This document shows, piece by piece, positions 13,593 through 35,598 of a DNA stretch of 64,000 nucleotides. Numbering within the stretch: position 1 is the stretch's first letter; each line of letters begins with the position of its first letter. Source of the DNA: Amoebidium appalachense. Taxonomy: Eukaryota > Protista > Ichthyosporea. The position numbers and the translations under genes are program-made. The notes beneath the pieces were generated by a model, which saw nothing but the letters and a program-made list of their open reading frames with translations, was not told the origin of the DNA and did no database searches. The DNA lies in assembly GCA_963693365.1 (NCBI GenBank), contig CAVNZM010000010.1, forward strand, positions 5,276,060 to 5,340,059, written 5' to 3'.

Positions 13593-16041
13593 CAGCGGGT
13601 TTAAGAGCCTCGGACTGGGTCCCCGTGAAATGATATCCCCCTCCTCCCTGCCCACCCCTCGAGCTCTCCGCCCCTCCTTCGAATTCCGGAACCTCGCCCG
13701 CCCCCCTCCCACCCACATATGTACAGCAACGGTTCTCGAATCTCGGGGCCTTCTCTTCTAGTTTGAAAAAACACCAAATTATATTAGAACGGAAATTGGG
13801 GGGTCATATATGAGTTCATATATGTTTGATCATTCCTCCCACGTGTGCCAATGGACCATGGTCCGACCAGGCTGTGAAATGCTGCTATTTCAGCAAAAAG
13901 GCTTTCCTGGCTCGGGCAACAAAAAAAAAGCCACTGTAATCCGGAAAGACTTCTCTTCATTTTGAGGCCAGGCCTATTGATTTTCCGATAAGAAAAGCAG
14001 TTTTGCAACAACACAGTAGTACAATTTTACCCTTTTATTTTGGTAAACAAAATCCCTTGTGTTGGCCAACCAAAGCACCAGTTTCGCGCCCTGGTAACAA
14101 CCACGTGGGTCCATGTGCCATTAATTATCGGCGTTGAAATCATGTCAGGATGAGCCTCAGGCCCTCAGCTGATGTTGCCAAAGTTGAAGTTAGCGAGGAT
14201 ATATTTCCTCGTATGTGGATTCATATATGGAGCGGGGAGAGACAAATACTTATTGTAACAAGGTAAATATAATGCTGACTTAATTTATATAGAATTAAAT
14301 AAATATAAAGCTTTATTTTTAGTGGTTTTTTTTTCTCGCACCAGCATGCTTGCAGCCTGTAGTGTTGTATGGCACAGTCCATTTGTCACATACTCGAGGT
14401 AGAATCGCGAGTTGTTCCCCCGAGTTGAATTTTCACAAACTTCATATTTCTGAGAATCTGTTTTGATCGCAACAAACTGTTTCTCATTTATTGTCTGTTT
14501 AAAATCAATAATTTACCCTAAAATATAAAGCCTACTTTAATGCTCAATTACTGCTAGAAATTCCTGCTTTCTGAGCTTCTTGAGAATTTACCTTACATAA
14601 TAATGATAGGATTTATATGATTCGACCTTAGTTGCTCTAGAAGGTATTGGTTGTCTTGTCAGCTACAACAAGTTAACCGTGAGTGCTAAGTTAGCATTCA
14701 TCAGCACTCACTGTGATCATAAAAACTGGTAGATATTCGGCTTGTAAAATTTTTTTCTTGTCTTTTCTATATTCTTGTATATAATACATTTTTAGAAGAA
14801 TGACTTATTTTACTCGAGGTATCATAATCGTGTGCCGTGTCAAAGTTTGCTTCTTCTTGTTGATCCGATTCCCCACGCAGTAAGCCGTTATTGGATCAGT
14901 ATGAACCAATCGCGCATAGGAATTGGCCTGATAGTTCCTCGGCCTGGCCAATAGAAAAGCGTTGTCTTAATCTCTTGGATCCCCCAAAACTAATATGTGT
15001 GGGGCGAGTCGTATGTGTTAACAGCAGATTTACGATTTTCCAGTTTCGACATTTAGCCCACGTAAAATTCCGTTACAGACATAGGACTGCATGTGGTTTT
15101 ACATAAAATAAAAATCAATAAATTCACACTAAATATGTTTTTGGTATAACGAAGCTTCATTTTCCATAGTTATTAGTTACATACTGCTACACACTTATGG
15201 AAACGGGGTCTAAAATTCCCGGGAGTGCAGGTACGGACATACGAACGCCCCCCCACCTAGAAGTTATGGGGGATCCATCTCTTTCATTCTTGCCCCAATC
15301 AAAATGTCAAACACACGAGCCGTTCCCCGATTCCTTCACTGCTCTTCTGTGGAATGTGACACCCTCTACCCAAGAGTGGGTAAAGAGAAGGCGCTGGACA
15401 AAAGAATGCTGAAAAATTGATGAACGTACAAACGAAAATCAATAATAAAAGATACTTCTCTCAGCTTATAAAAACTAATATAGCATTTTAAACAACATTT
15501 AGACGTTTTAGTGCAGATTAGATTGCAATAACAGATGTCACTACGTTTACAGAACTTTGCAAATGTGCCTCCCTTTCGAAAACCCCAGCGAAAGCAGGAG
15601 TTCGAAGTTCTAAGAAAAACACATTCTTCTACATCTATTGGCAGAAGCAGATTCCTATTTTTTGAAAAAATCAAGCGATTGCCTATTTATCATGTAACGT
15701 TTTGGGCGTCTGATGGCTGTGTCTATATGTATAAAAGGAAAGTCCTCTATTTCTCTGTTTCACAAAAAGTAACACCGACAAATGAAGTTTGTTGGGTATG
15801 CGGGAAGTCAGCTGACACCTTCGATCGTGACACTTTTCGTTTCATTTATTATTTGCTATTGACAAGACACAATCTTTACGCTTTCCTGCTCCTTGGTGTA
15901 ATTAATACTACAAACGGGTCAAAGTGCCACACCGATCCCTTTTTTCTAAAAAGATCAAATTTAGCTTATAAACATACATAGTTTCTACCTCCCACAAACA
16001 TTTAACTTTTTTCATCCACACTCAAGAAAAACACGACGAGA

Positions 16042-16845
16042 ATGGCACCATCAGCAGTTGCCACCTCGTTGTCATCAGTGGTTCCAAAATCCCCCAAACT
16101 TACAAAGCACCTCACTCTTCTATCTGAACAAGATGATGATGAGTACTGTGGTGTGACTATTTATATTCCCCTGAAGTCCGAGAAGACCAAGAGCCCGCCT
16201 CGTAGCCCGCTAGACCGGAACGAGCGCCCTGCACGCCCTCTTCTCAGACGACAGGTATCTTTTGCTGACTCAAATGGCCTAAATCTCACACACATGAAAG
16301 AGTTCGATACCCGGGACCCGCCGAAGCTTTGCAACAAGGACCTGACCAAGCAAGAATACGACTCTCTGAAACGCAGCGCGTCTGTGCCGGATCTCTCGCT
16401 CCTGAGCATTGGGAACAAGGATTTTGGTCAACTACCCAAGGCTACACTTTCTCTCGTGCGCGAACCCTCAAGCGACAGGCGACATGCTCAAGCGGCAAGC
16501 CTGGTCTCCATTCGTTATGATGCCTTTAGGCGCACTCTTTTCGGGTCTGTAGCAGTTGAAAACAGGGCATATGAGAAAAAGGTTTGGCTGAGATACACGG
16601 CGGACGGCTGGAATACATTCAATGACATATACGCCAAGTATTCGTGGACCCGTCACGGTTATCGTGGACCGAGCACGGATTATTTTTCGTTCCAGTTCAA
16701 CATGGACTACGGCCTTTTGGTGCCTGGAATCCAGCTTGAATTTGTTGTTGCGTGTGAGATGGGAGAAGTGACGTATTGGGACAACAACAATGGGCAGAAT
16801 TTTGCTGCAGAGGTCACCTCGGCCAAATGCACCAACATGTTTTAG
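16042..16845 (+). CDS. Protein phosphatase 1 glycogen-targeting regulatory subunit (PPP1R3/Gac1-like, CBM21 domain), intronless
   Basis: 267-aa ORF with PP1-docking motif RRQVSFADSNGLNL (RVxF). CBM21 motifs GSVAVENRAYEKKVWLRYTADGWNT, DYFSF, LEFVV, YWDNNNGQNF. Confidence 0.92.
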   Translation: MAPSAVATSLSSVVPKSPKLTKHLTLLSEQDDDEYCGVTIYIPLKSEKTKSPPRSPLDRNERPARPLLRRQVSFADSNGLNLTHMKEFDTRDPPKLCNKDLTKQEYDSLKRSASVPDLSLLSIGNKDFGQLPKATLSLVREPSSDRRHAQAASLVSIRYDAFRRTLFGSVAVENRAYEKKVWLRYTADGWNTFNDIYAKYSWTRHGYRGPSTDYFSFQFNMDYGLLVPGIQLEFVVACEMGEVTYWDNNNGQNFAAEVTSAKCTNMF

Positions 16846-17209
16846 GTTGCTGCCGGATGGAGGCAACTTGTACATTAGATGTGATTTTTTTAAACCCTTT
16901 TGACCCTCTCACCTGAACGTTAGGCTAGTAAAAGTTAAATACTGGTTAGATCTCTATGAATGAATGATCGAGCAAGTATAATGTGTCGAATGTAAAGAAC
17001 ACCTCGGATACCAACGGTATATTTCGTACTTCGTACGTGGAGCACAGGCCGGATGTACAAAATGAAACTTAATGGTTAATCTCTGCAACCTAAAAAAGAC
17101 CTCGCCTTGCCCCAACATACTTGCAGTAATATTAAAAAACCCTTTTAACACTACAATACTGAAGTGGAGAGCCTCGACACGAAGAAATTCGCCTTCTTTC
17201 GATACAAAT

Positions 17210-17261
<52 letters not shown>

Positions 17262-17668
17262 TCCCCGTACCACCACCACCACCGTCGCTCGCATATGCTT
17301 TGTAAGGAGTAGCCCTGCTCTTTCTGAAAAGACGGGTATGTAAATCACAATCGTAGTGAGGTTTTGATTTTGGGGCGAGTATCGAACGCCAGTTACTGTA
17401 AAAAAAACTCGGCCACCCGGACACAGTGGATACAGGGCCCGACAGACTTCTGTCTTTCCCCACGCATTATATCCCCCCCATTTTCCACCCATCCACCACC
17501 ACCACATTTCCATGGCACAATCTCTTTTCATGCTACTTCTCACGATCCCTCACTATTTTGTATGTGCGCTTTTTATATTACATAATCTCTGTTGTCCATC
17601 ATATGATCGTGACTGGTCATATGGCGCCGTAACGCAATAGCCACATTATTAGTACTCTGCTGTTAAAC

Positions 17669-17716
<48 letters not shown>

Positions 17717-18145
17717 ACCCACCCACCCTTTCCCCCCCTCTGGTGCCCGCCTCCTCATGAGTAGGAGATCTGCAAAGTCTCCGTTTCGTTGTCCATAGAT
17801 GGTCGTGAACGTGACTTTGTGTACAGGCCTCCGAGTAATATGTACTCTCTATGAAACAAATTCACGAGTCTCCCCCCTTCCCCCCCCCCCCCCCCCCCTC
17901 CCCCGGTGGCCCCCCCGCCTCCAAGCCTCCATATCAACCCAAGCGCCAAACCCACCGACACCACGAACATCACCCACTCCCTTACACAATCAGTTTTTGG
18001 ACGGCGTCTTCAAATCTTTTGCAGCCTTTTGTCTTTTTTCATTCGTGTTTGCAGGCACTGGCTAGCCATTGGTGGCCGCCTGCATGGCCTTCCCCCATGT
18101 GATCACCACATTAGACTCCCTTTTGATCCGACCTGCGTGGCAGCC

Positions 18146-18201
<56 letters not shown>

Positions 18202-18759
18202 ATACACACCATGACACACACACACACACACAAGGCACGTGCACACACAAACGGACAGTGTGATACGTATGCATTCATGTGTACACGTTCATCCCAGGCC
18301 ATTGACATTGACAAACAACAGTCAACTATCACTAATGGCTTACAGTCCCGTACCCGTCTTTAAAATGACGACAAAATCATTCAAACGAAAATTCGGGCCA
18401 GGTGGAATAATTTTACAGTACATAGGTGGGCAGCATGGAGTCTCCGCCTATATGACTAAAACACATTTTTTTTATTATTTATTATTTTATCACGTTTTGT
18501 TCCCGGAGGACCGCATGCAGGCTCTTCAGGGAAACTACCGTCTACCACACAGCACCGACATCATGAGTGAGTTCCACTAAGGCTGCAACTCAACGGCTTT
18601 ACTACTGTCATACACTTACACACCCAATCACGTAGGGGCTCCCTATCGTAAAAACGATTTTTTTGATTTTCCTTATATGGGGCGTAATACGTCCTGAAGA
18701 GCCCCGGTTACCACGTCAGGACTCAGCAGGCTAGCCTAAGGGTCATCGTGTTCAACCCG

Positions 18760-19040
18760 GGGCTGGGAATAACAGAATTATTCAGCTTTTTAAAATTTAA
18801 GATGCCTTAATTAATAATTAGCAAAAAAATTCTGCTTTTTTCATAGGCAGAGTTGTTCTGTGCTATTTAGATTAGCAGAATTATGTGCTATTTAAATTAG
18901 CAGGATTATTCTGCTATTTTGCAGAATTAATATCTACTACTTCAATAGAACATGTTTCTACTACTTATGGTGACCTCAAGGGCAGAATAATTCTATAAAA
19001 ATCAGGAATAATTCTGCTCCGAGCAAGTTGATTCGCCTGG
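18760..19040. mobile_element. Shorter copy of the GCAGAATT MITE-like element
   Basis: Repeated (G)CAGAATT motifs. Right end TTCTGCTCCGAGCAAG is the near reverse complement of the left end of the 11175 copy. Confidence 0.5.
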
Positions 19041-19227
19041 CGCAATTGCAATGTTGGGCCCTGTCCACGGCCGTAGATGGCCCTGTCCGATAAAACATCA
19101 GCTGCTCACTCACTCACGAATACGGGTGCCCGTCTAATCCTACCACTTGGAAGCAACCCCCCCATCACCCTCCCCCCTCTTACTCGCCCTCCTGCTCTCG
19201 CTCCCCCCCTCCCCCTCCCCTGAAACC

Positions 19228-19264
<37 letters not shown>

Positions 19265-20500
19265 CCCCACCCCCCCCACCCCCCCCCCCCCCCCCGCACA
19301 AGCTGCAGGACAAATCCGATACCGTAGCTACCCCGCTCCCGGCCTCCCCCCCCCCCCCCCCCCCCCCCCCCCCGGGCCCTGCCCCGCACGCCCCATCTGT
19401 CTCTCTCTGCCCCTCCCTCCCTCCCTTACCATGGCATGCGCACAGCCCATTTCCCGGCCCAGCCATTGTCACACATTGCATGCATTGGCAAGCCTAAGAG
19501 CCAGTCACTGCTCTATTCACAACAGCGCTAGCACTAGAAGATAATATTTGTAGGGCGCAGCACATAGCGCATGTGCCGTCATGTGAGGAGGAGACGATCT
19601 GCTGGTGGCCATGGTGGTGCCGTCTTGATCGTGAGGGGGACAAAGGTGTATGTGTGTGTGTGTGTGTGTGTGTGTATGTGGGTGGTGGTGGTGGTGGTGG
19701 TGGTGGTGGTGGTGGGGGGGGGGGGGGGGGGGGGGGGGGGGGAAGGCAGTGACCTTTCTCTTTAAATTTTCATGGTGCCACCACATCTATATGCATGTAG
19801 AATGTCTTCGTTTTATATTTTACTTATTGTTTTGCGTTTCAGTGAATTCTATTTCACTTTGTGGCACCCATTAACTCACCAGTGACAAAACATTCGTTCT
19901 CAGTACATGGCAAAGAGTGTGAAAACAAAGAAACCATAGATCTATTCATTTCATTCAACATGTATATTTTTACCGGCCCTTAGGCTCACCTAGCATACTT
20001 TCCATCTTGACGTTGTCTTTCCATGATCATGCAGTTTCATATACACTCCAATTGCAGACTTGGTTGACAAACTACGGACACGTTTGCCTGCATATGTAGA
20101 CCCAAGTGTTTATCGTACGTGGGCACTCAAGCTTGGCCTCTGCTTGTGTTCTGTGTCTGTCTGCGCATCTGTCTGTCCTAGCACATACTTTTTCATGTGC
20201 CACATGCATTGCTTACAAAAGTACAATTGAAAGTACAAACTGAATTGCTTGCGCATATGTGTATACGGAGAGAAACAACCGCCTGCGCAATACCCTACAG
20301 TAATAAAAATGTATGTCGACAGCTTTTCACTGTAGTGCACACACAGCACACCGTAGCACACACACGTGGCAAAAGGAGAAGGAAGAGGGGGGGAGGTGTT
20401 CTTTTTTGGAGGTTTTTAACCCTTCCCCCCCCCCCCCCCGTGTAGGAGAGGGGGGGTAGGGAGGGGGGGGGGGGGGAGGAGGAAGGAGGGAGGGAGGGAG

Positions 20501-20531
<31 letters not shown>

Positions 20532-20576
20532 AGGTAAAAGAGAATCGGGCATCCAAGAATAGCCACCAGCCGCTTT

Positions 20577-28859
<8,283 letters not shown>

Positions 28860-31047
28860 TCTCCCACCTCCGCTTCAGGGTGACACAGGCAGCCACCAAC
28901 TATTGTATCGAAAATTTGGAGCTGTTTATCGTAGCTAGAAGAAAGAGTTAAAGTGTATGCTTACTAAGGTGTCAATTTCAAATCCGTTTGGATGGAAGTG
29001 TAGGAAACCGTGTCACGCAGAGACAGTTGTGTTTTTGCTGACGATGGGTGGCCGTGAGAGCTTTGCCACTTCAGAGCTAACTTGCGCTGAAGAACATCTG
29101 GGACCGGTGGTGGTGCCTTTTACGTGCTACCGTTTCGTGCTCTTGACCAACCTTGGAAAATAAGAGCTGCCGGTAGCTATAAACAGGTCACTAAATGTAT
29201 GAGCGTATGTTATAACTGGAGTCAGGCTCTCAGTGCAACTGGGGAAAATGGGTAGGGGAAAGGTTTATTATCGACACGCAGGTGAGGCTGTCGTCATGTG
29301 CCGGCACCAGGCCAACGTTAACAGTGCTTCCACGAACCAAACAAGAAACAATGCTATATAGGCTACGTTGTTAAAAGATATAAATACATTAAGACTATCA
29401 GTGATTTACTTGAAAACTCTATGTATCTCAGCTGAGACACGTGCACTACACAATAGTATAAAAGCAAGTGTTCACTGTCCTGCAGCAAGCACAGTGACAA
29501 ACGTTTGCGTCAGCAACAGCCGAGTTACGGTATGAATCGAGACGCGATTCCTATTGGCGAAAACAGTTGCATAGAGCGGGGAAAATGCGTGCCAACATCC
29601 TCGTAAATCAAAGTAAACAGAGAAAATAATTGGAAGAAAACCAGGCGCCACAGATAGGTTCTACACCAAATCGACAAAGGCATGTGGAGGTTTGCACACA
29701 TGAGTATAAACCAATCGGAAGACGCTTTTGAGATGTTTTTTGAACTTATTTCGGGTGCTTCAACATAATGCACACTATCAACGGGCTGAAGAGAAAGATA
29801 AGATTACAGTAACTGCGGCCCACAATCATGTATAACGATACTTTTACATAAAGCCAAGCAGTATTAGAGAATAATAGCGCCACAATATTCTAAGCCCATG
29901 ATGCAAAATTGAGAACAACAGCGCTAATATTTGTGTTTTTGTTTTGTGATCTACTTGAGCTATGATCCTTTGGCAAGGGCAACACGGCAATATTGACAGC
30001 CCCTGAACAATCGCCCATTGGTTGCCTCTTGGTGACCAATCGTTGATGATCGAACGGGAATCCAACATCATCATGGCGGGGCATTCAAAAATCTTCAATG
30101 TGCATGGTGCCGGTCAATGTACTATAGAACTGCGCTGTTAGAGAGCAGGGTCGTTAGTTTATATGGGAAAACATATAAAATATAAGGCTATTCATCAGTT
30201 TTTCGCCCCACTATGTAGCACCAGGAAGCTATAGCTAATATTCACACTATCTTGTTGATTGCCACGGTTTAGATCCAAGTACCATGCAACGGACGGACCG
30301 GCGGTCAGCCGGCCGCGTCCAATCAGAGCACATGCGCCAAGTTATCCGCACCACGCCTGCCAACGCTAACAGACAACCGGATAAACAAACCATTGTACAG
30401 CATAATGTGCTATCCGCCATAGGCGAAGAGCTCTTCTTGTATAAGAGGAGGAAAGCACTTCAAAGTTGTCAAACAAGGGATTAGTGGGATTGCAACGTAT
30501 AATTTCCGGGAAGTCGCAAAGTTTGGAACCATGGGACGGCTTGCATATCCAGGGGTTCAATTGCCGAAACAAATCGTTTGCGGTAGAGCTTTGATACTTA
30601 GAAGAACCATATTGCTGTGAAAAATTATAAAAAAGTGCTTAATTTTTTAAAGGGTCCCTTAATCACATATCTGTTATAGTAAGTAATAAAATAATAACTT
30701 TAAGCTTGTAATTTCAAAATGGGAGGATTTGAAAAATGCCATTACAGCTGTGTGACACAGCCATTCCAATCGCTCTGACAGCGCTAGGGAGATTAGCCCA
30801 TCCAATCACACTGCGTGCGTCTGCCAAGCAGTGGCGTAATGTGATTCGCTTCTTATCACGAGCTCCATATGAGCGCATTCTGTTGCGATCGCCTGGCACA
30901 AAAGCGGTTGCACATCAGCTTTGAGCAAAGTTACGGATGGTGCAGCGAGTAGCTATAGTAGTGTACCTCGTGCAAGCAACGACTGGAAAGGGAAGAGCTG
31001 TACACTTTATGTGGCAAATAGTACTAGGTTAGCAAGTAAGTTCTGAA
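28860..31047. promoter_or_regulatory. Divergent intergenic/promoter region between CDIN1 and the ankyrin gene
   Basis: Head-to-head genes; no microsatellites; CCAAT motifs near 30319, 30766 and 30802. Function is inferred from position only. Confidence 0.4.
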
Positions 31048-31898
31048 ATGCCAGCTACCACTGCGTCCGATATACTTGCAGGCTCGCACAGAAGCGAAGC
31101 CATGCCATCGACAAAGTCAGCCATGTGGTCGTCGTGGGTGCTGTGGGCGCCTACAGCACAGGCACAGGCAGAGGTGCCCCAGGTACTTGATGCCAACATC
31201 ATCTCCACTGATGGGAGGGATCCCCTTAGCGAGGCCCATTTTGCCTCTAGCCGCATGATGGAGTTTCTGTTGGGTTCTGCTGCCGGCGACTTTAGCTCAG
31301 CTGAATTGTGGGCTTGGGATGATGACAACAAAGTTCCCAATGTTTCCTCGGATTCAAGCGCGAGCCTGAGGCGCACACGCACTCGTAACAGTAGTGTTAG
31401 CAGCGCGGATAGCTTTGATAGCTACAGCAGCGGGAACTCTGATAGTGAGGGGGATTCCATGACGTCTCCTCAGGCATTCCTGCAGTCGCCAAACATCTGG
31501 ACGGCGCCCTCCCTCACTCTTTCCAAGCAGTATTCTGCTCCTACTGAACTGTCGGCCTCAGCCAACCCTTTCATTCCCACGTTTCAGCCAAAGCCAGTTG
31601 CTGTGGAAAGCTGGGCTGTGCCTTACATCTCCCCGAATCTTAGCAGCCCAAGCAGCTCCTCTCGCCTGCACGGTGGCCACACTCTCTTCCAGACGATGTC
31701 TACCCCCGGGATGTTCGAGGGGCCCACGAAGATGCAGCAGTATTCCCAGTCGTGGAGCAGTCCAGGTGAGCAGACACTGTTAGCTTTCCGCTGTTCTCGT
31801 CCTGCTGCAGTTCTCTTACTGCAGAGCTTATCCTTACGCCTCCTTGAGCATCATCTCCATATCTCCCCCCCCCCCCCCCCCCCCCCCCCCCCAAACTT

Positions 31899-31935
<37 letters not shown>

Positions 31936-33265
31936 ACCACCACCAACACACACACACGAAGACGAGTGAAGAACACAACCACATACGGTTGGTTTTAGTT
32001 ATTGTGAAACTAGTCATAGAGCTTACTTTTCTTTCTGTCCCCCTTCCAGCAGGCCTAGCTCTAGCACGCAAGCGCAGCAAGGCCACCGATCGTGCACGCC
32101 CACGTTTCAGCGGTGACGCCTTTGATATCGACAACGGGCTGTGCATTCCGGAGTTGGGCAGGATGCCGTTTGAGGCTGGAAGAAAGGTGGTGCGCTTTTT
32201 CAGCAAGCGCACACACCGGCGCACCGTCGTTTCCGTTATCGACCCCAAGTATCTCCAACCCGAAGTGGTAAGTTCCGTTGTATGATGTAGATCTTGTCAA
32301 GGAGCCTGCGATACCCACACACCTGCATCCTATCATCCTGAGTATGTTCCGTTGTTCCTGGTTTTTGGGATCCCAAACCTTTTTTGCAGCCGTCACACTA
32401 CTTTTCACATGTTCTTTCTTCGTGTAATGTTATTCAATCAGTTATCATTGCCCTAACAAACAACTCCATTCACAGAACCACGAGGGGGAGTTTGGGTTCC
32501 TCACCTTCCACGACTGTGTCGAGCTCCGCACTTTGAAAACAGGCGAGACGCTAACCCGCAACCAGCGCAACAATTTGCGAAAACGCCTTGCCACCACTGC
32601 ACGCACTGTGGTTCAGGTGGATGTTGCCCAGCTGCTGCAGGATTTCAGCGAACCGGACTGCTGCCCCCGCAGCACGTACCACCACACCAAGTTGAATGCG
32701 TACCTCATCAGCCCTGCTGTGAGCCAGGTCCTGCTGTGCACAAGAGGTGAGGATTGGCTCCGTCTTTTTTTTTTTTTTTTTACTTTGACTGGGTAGAACG
32801 GCGATTGTGGTTCTGTGGTTACTTGTTTGTGCGGGTATCTCGGTTGGTACAAAAGGTTTTTGGTGCCCAAGGTGTTAAACTGCACTAATTTGCGTTTCTT
32901 TTCTTTCCTTTTTTTTTTTTGGGGGGGGGGGGAGGGGGGGGGGGGGGGGGGGGAGGGTCCGTATAACTGTGATACTGTTTTCTTACCACGATGTTTCTTA
33001 CAACAGAGAGTGACCTTGGCGATACATACAAGGGCCAGACGCTGGCTGCGCAGACCCTTTTCGATCTGTGCAAGAACGAAAATGCAAGCAATGCCCTTGC
33101 GGAATTCATCAAGTCTCAGCCCGGTATCGATCTGAACACGAGGGACTTCAAGGGCATGTGTCCCATCCACTACGCCGCAAAGGGGGGGTTCAAGGATGGC
33201 ATTGATGTGCTTCTGCGTTTCAATGCTGATGGTGAGTAACTACTTGGTTTTCTTCCATCCCACCA

Positions 33266-33308
<43 letters not shown>

Positions 33309-33728
33309 CGCCTCTTCCCGCCCGTCCGCCCCACTCTCCCCGTCTTTGAATTGTTCTGAGAATGAATTTGGAATTCCTTTTGTACGTAATAATAAGACGT
33401 TTTGCTGACATGACATCCCCCCTGTGCAGTGAATGTGAAGGACAAGAGCGACCAGTCCCCCCTGCACTACGCCATCTACAACGGCCACAGGGACGTTCAG
33501 TTCCAGCTGCTCATGGCTGGCGCCGCAGTTGACACCCGAAATGTTTCAGGCAACACCCTGCTCCATGTCGCCGCGTACCACAACCAGATTGAAATTGCGG
33601 CCGCCATTCTCCAACGCTCGCCAGAACTCGTCCATGTTCGCAACCACAAATTTCTTTCCACCCCGCTGGAATGCGCTGTGCACAAGGGCCTGACTGAGAT
33701 GGCTCGCCTGCTGTCAGGTGCCTCCTGA
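31048..33728 (+). CDS. Ankyrin-repeat protein with Ser-rich N-terminus and an unassigned central domain
   Basis: Exons 31048-31765, 32053-32267, 32476-32746, 33007-33231, 33430-33728, in phase. Ankyrin repeats GMCPIHYAAKGG, DQSPLHYAIYNGH, GNTLLHVAAYHNQ, STPLECAVHKGL. Start codon uncertain. Confidence 0.82.
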
Positions 33729-34360
33729 TTTATGTTTGCCGTTATGCTCGTAATTACCAACAGCTCAGTGCATAATTTTTTGAATTACTTGAAATTTACC
33801 AAATCACACGGTATGGTATTTGTTTACGAGATTATTAAAGGTAATATGTAACGGAGTTTGCTCGTTGACTTGCGGGTGAATTTCTTATTTTTAGGCTATG
33901 TTTAGGCTATGTTTGGGCTTAGAAACCCATGTAAGCAGCTTTTGCTTTTTTTTCTTCTTCTTTCCCGATACGAAGTCATGTGTCGTTTTTTCCCACGAAT
34001 TGTCTCTGAGTTTGGGTCAAATCGTATGTGAATATTCAGTCTAGCAATTCTTTCCGTGATATGACCGTTGACCTTTGCAGAAGATATAAGATGGTGACCT
34101 ACACCATTTATCGTAGAAATTCGTTCAAGCCCCTATCTATCCCCATACTATTCACTTGGATGGGTGGTAGCACATAATGTAACAGGCAGACATGGAGCGT
34201 GCAAATGCGCCGTCCATATTTACGTAAGTAATGCAGGCATGGTTAGGGACCGTGTGGCAGTAGTAGTTGTTGCTGGAATAGACATGAGACCGGCACTATA
34301 ATAATTTGTAAATAAAAATATATGCATGCGACATGTGCTGCAAAGGTTGGATCGGGGATT

Positions 34361-34408
<48 letters not shown>

Positions 34409-35564
34409 ACGCTCGCGCTGAGGGTGTGCTCTGCTCATTATGCATACTTATGATGTGTGGCTTGCAGTCTGCATGGTTTCCACGGTCTATATTTTGGGGA
34501 TACGGTGGGAGCACACTCTGCATTGTGCTGTCCGTTGTGAATATCGTTCAGACACAATGAAATCTTCCATGTGTACACTTTTTTCAGGCAAAAGACCCTG
34601 CAGGTACATGTGGCACCTGATTTATCATATCGATATCAACGAAGGGGCTGGAGGCTAGAGCATGCATGCGCAACTGAGGTGGGGTGGGGCCGGAGCCACA
34701 GTCTGCAAATGTGATCCACATTTATGCTCCCATGCCCATGGCAAATTGGATGTGAATGATGTTATATATATATATTTGTTTTTGATCTCTCTGCATATGC
34801 TTTCTCAGGTTAACGTTGGTTCTGAGTCACGATTTCGCCTGAGGCCGGTTCTCCTGCAAGTTGACCAGAATCGATATGAACACGGTACTGCCTCAGGGTT
34901 GTGGCCGATACCGCAAAGTAAGGGTACAAATATAGTGACTTTTCAGGCTGTTGCATAATGCTGTACCGAGTTCCCTAAGGCGCAGGGTGGCATAGCGTGT
35001 CATAACATGCGTGATATCCCTCATCGGGGGTTGTGATAACCTCCCAGGGGATTATCGGGATACATTTGGATAGTCAATGGATATTTTCGATTGCAATTTG
35101 ACCCCCCTGGGGGGTTCTAAATGTGTCAGCCATTTGCGAACCGAATTTTCAAAAATTTTAAATTCTGAAAAAAGTTTTTTTTTCTTCTTTTGACTGGATT
35201 TATTCGACGGAAAGATATGCAAGTATGCACGGCATACTGAAAAAGGTTTCAAGGATAAATCGATAGCGCTGAACACGTAGAACACCTTATTTTCTTTCTA
35301 GCACCCCTCCTTCATTGTTTTCTGGAAAACCGCCAATTTGGGGTCAAATAGTAAAAAAATTTCAAAAGGTTCCTGCAGTGGCGCTGGGCAAGTGTCACGG
35401 TGCATTTGAAGTAGACATCAAGGCGCACGTCGACATTTTGACGTGTCTATTTCCTTTTTATCTCAATTCTTTGGGGAGCGACATGCTCTCAGATCGGGAC
35501 CATTTTGGGGTCTGAAATTGGAGAACGTTTTAGACTTGAGTCACTAGAGCCTTATATGATGCAT

Positions 35565-35598
<34 letters not shown>

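Noticed and set aside
15535-15981. 148-aa ORF upstream of the CBM21 gene
   Set aside because: No recognisable motifs, AT-rich composition; probably promoter/5' UTR sequence.
18690-18772. CTGAAGA-GCCCCGG...CCGGGGC, resembling a hammerhead core plus stem II
   Set aside because: No GAAA follows the stem (TGGGAAT instead) and no stem III/cleavage strand is visible. At most a disrupted remnant.
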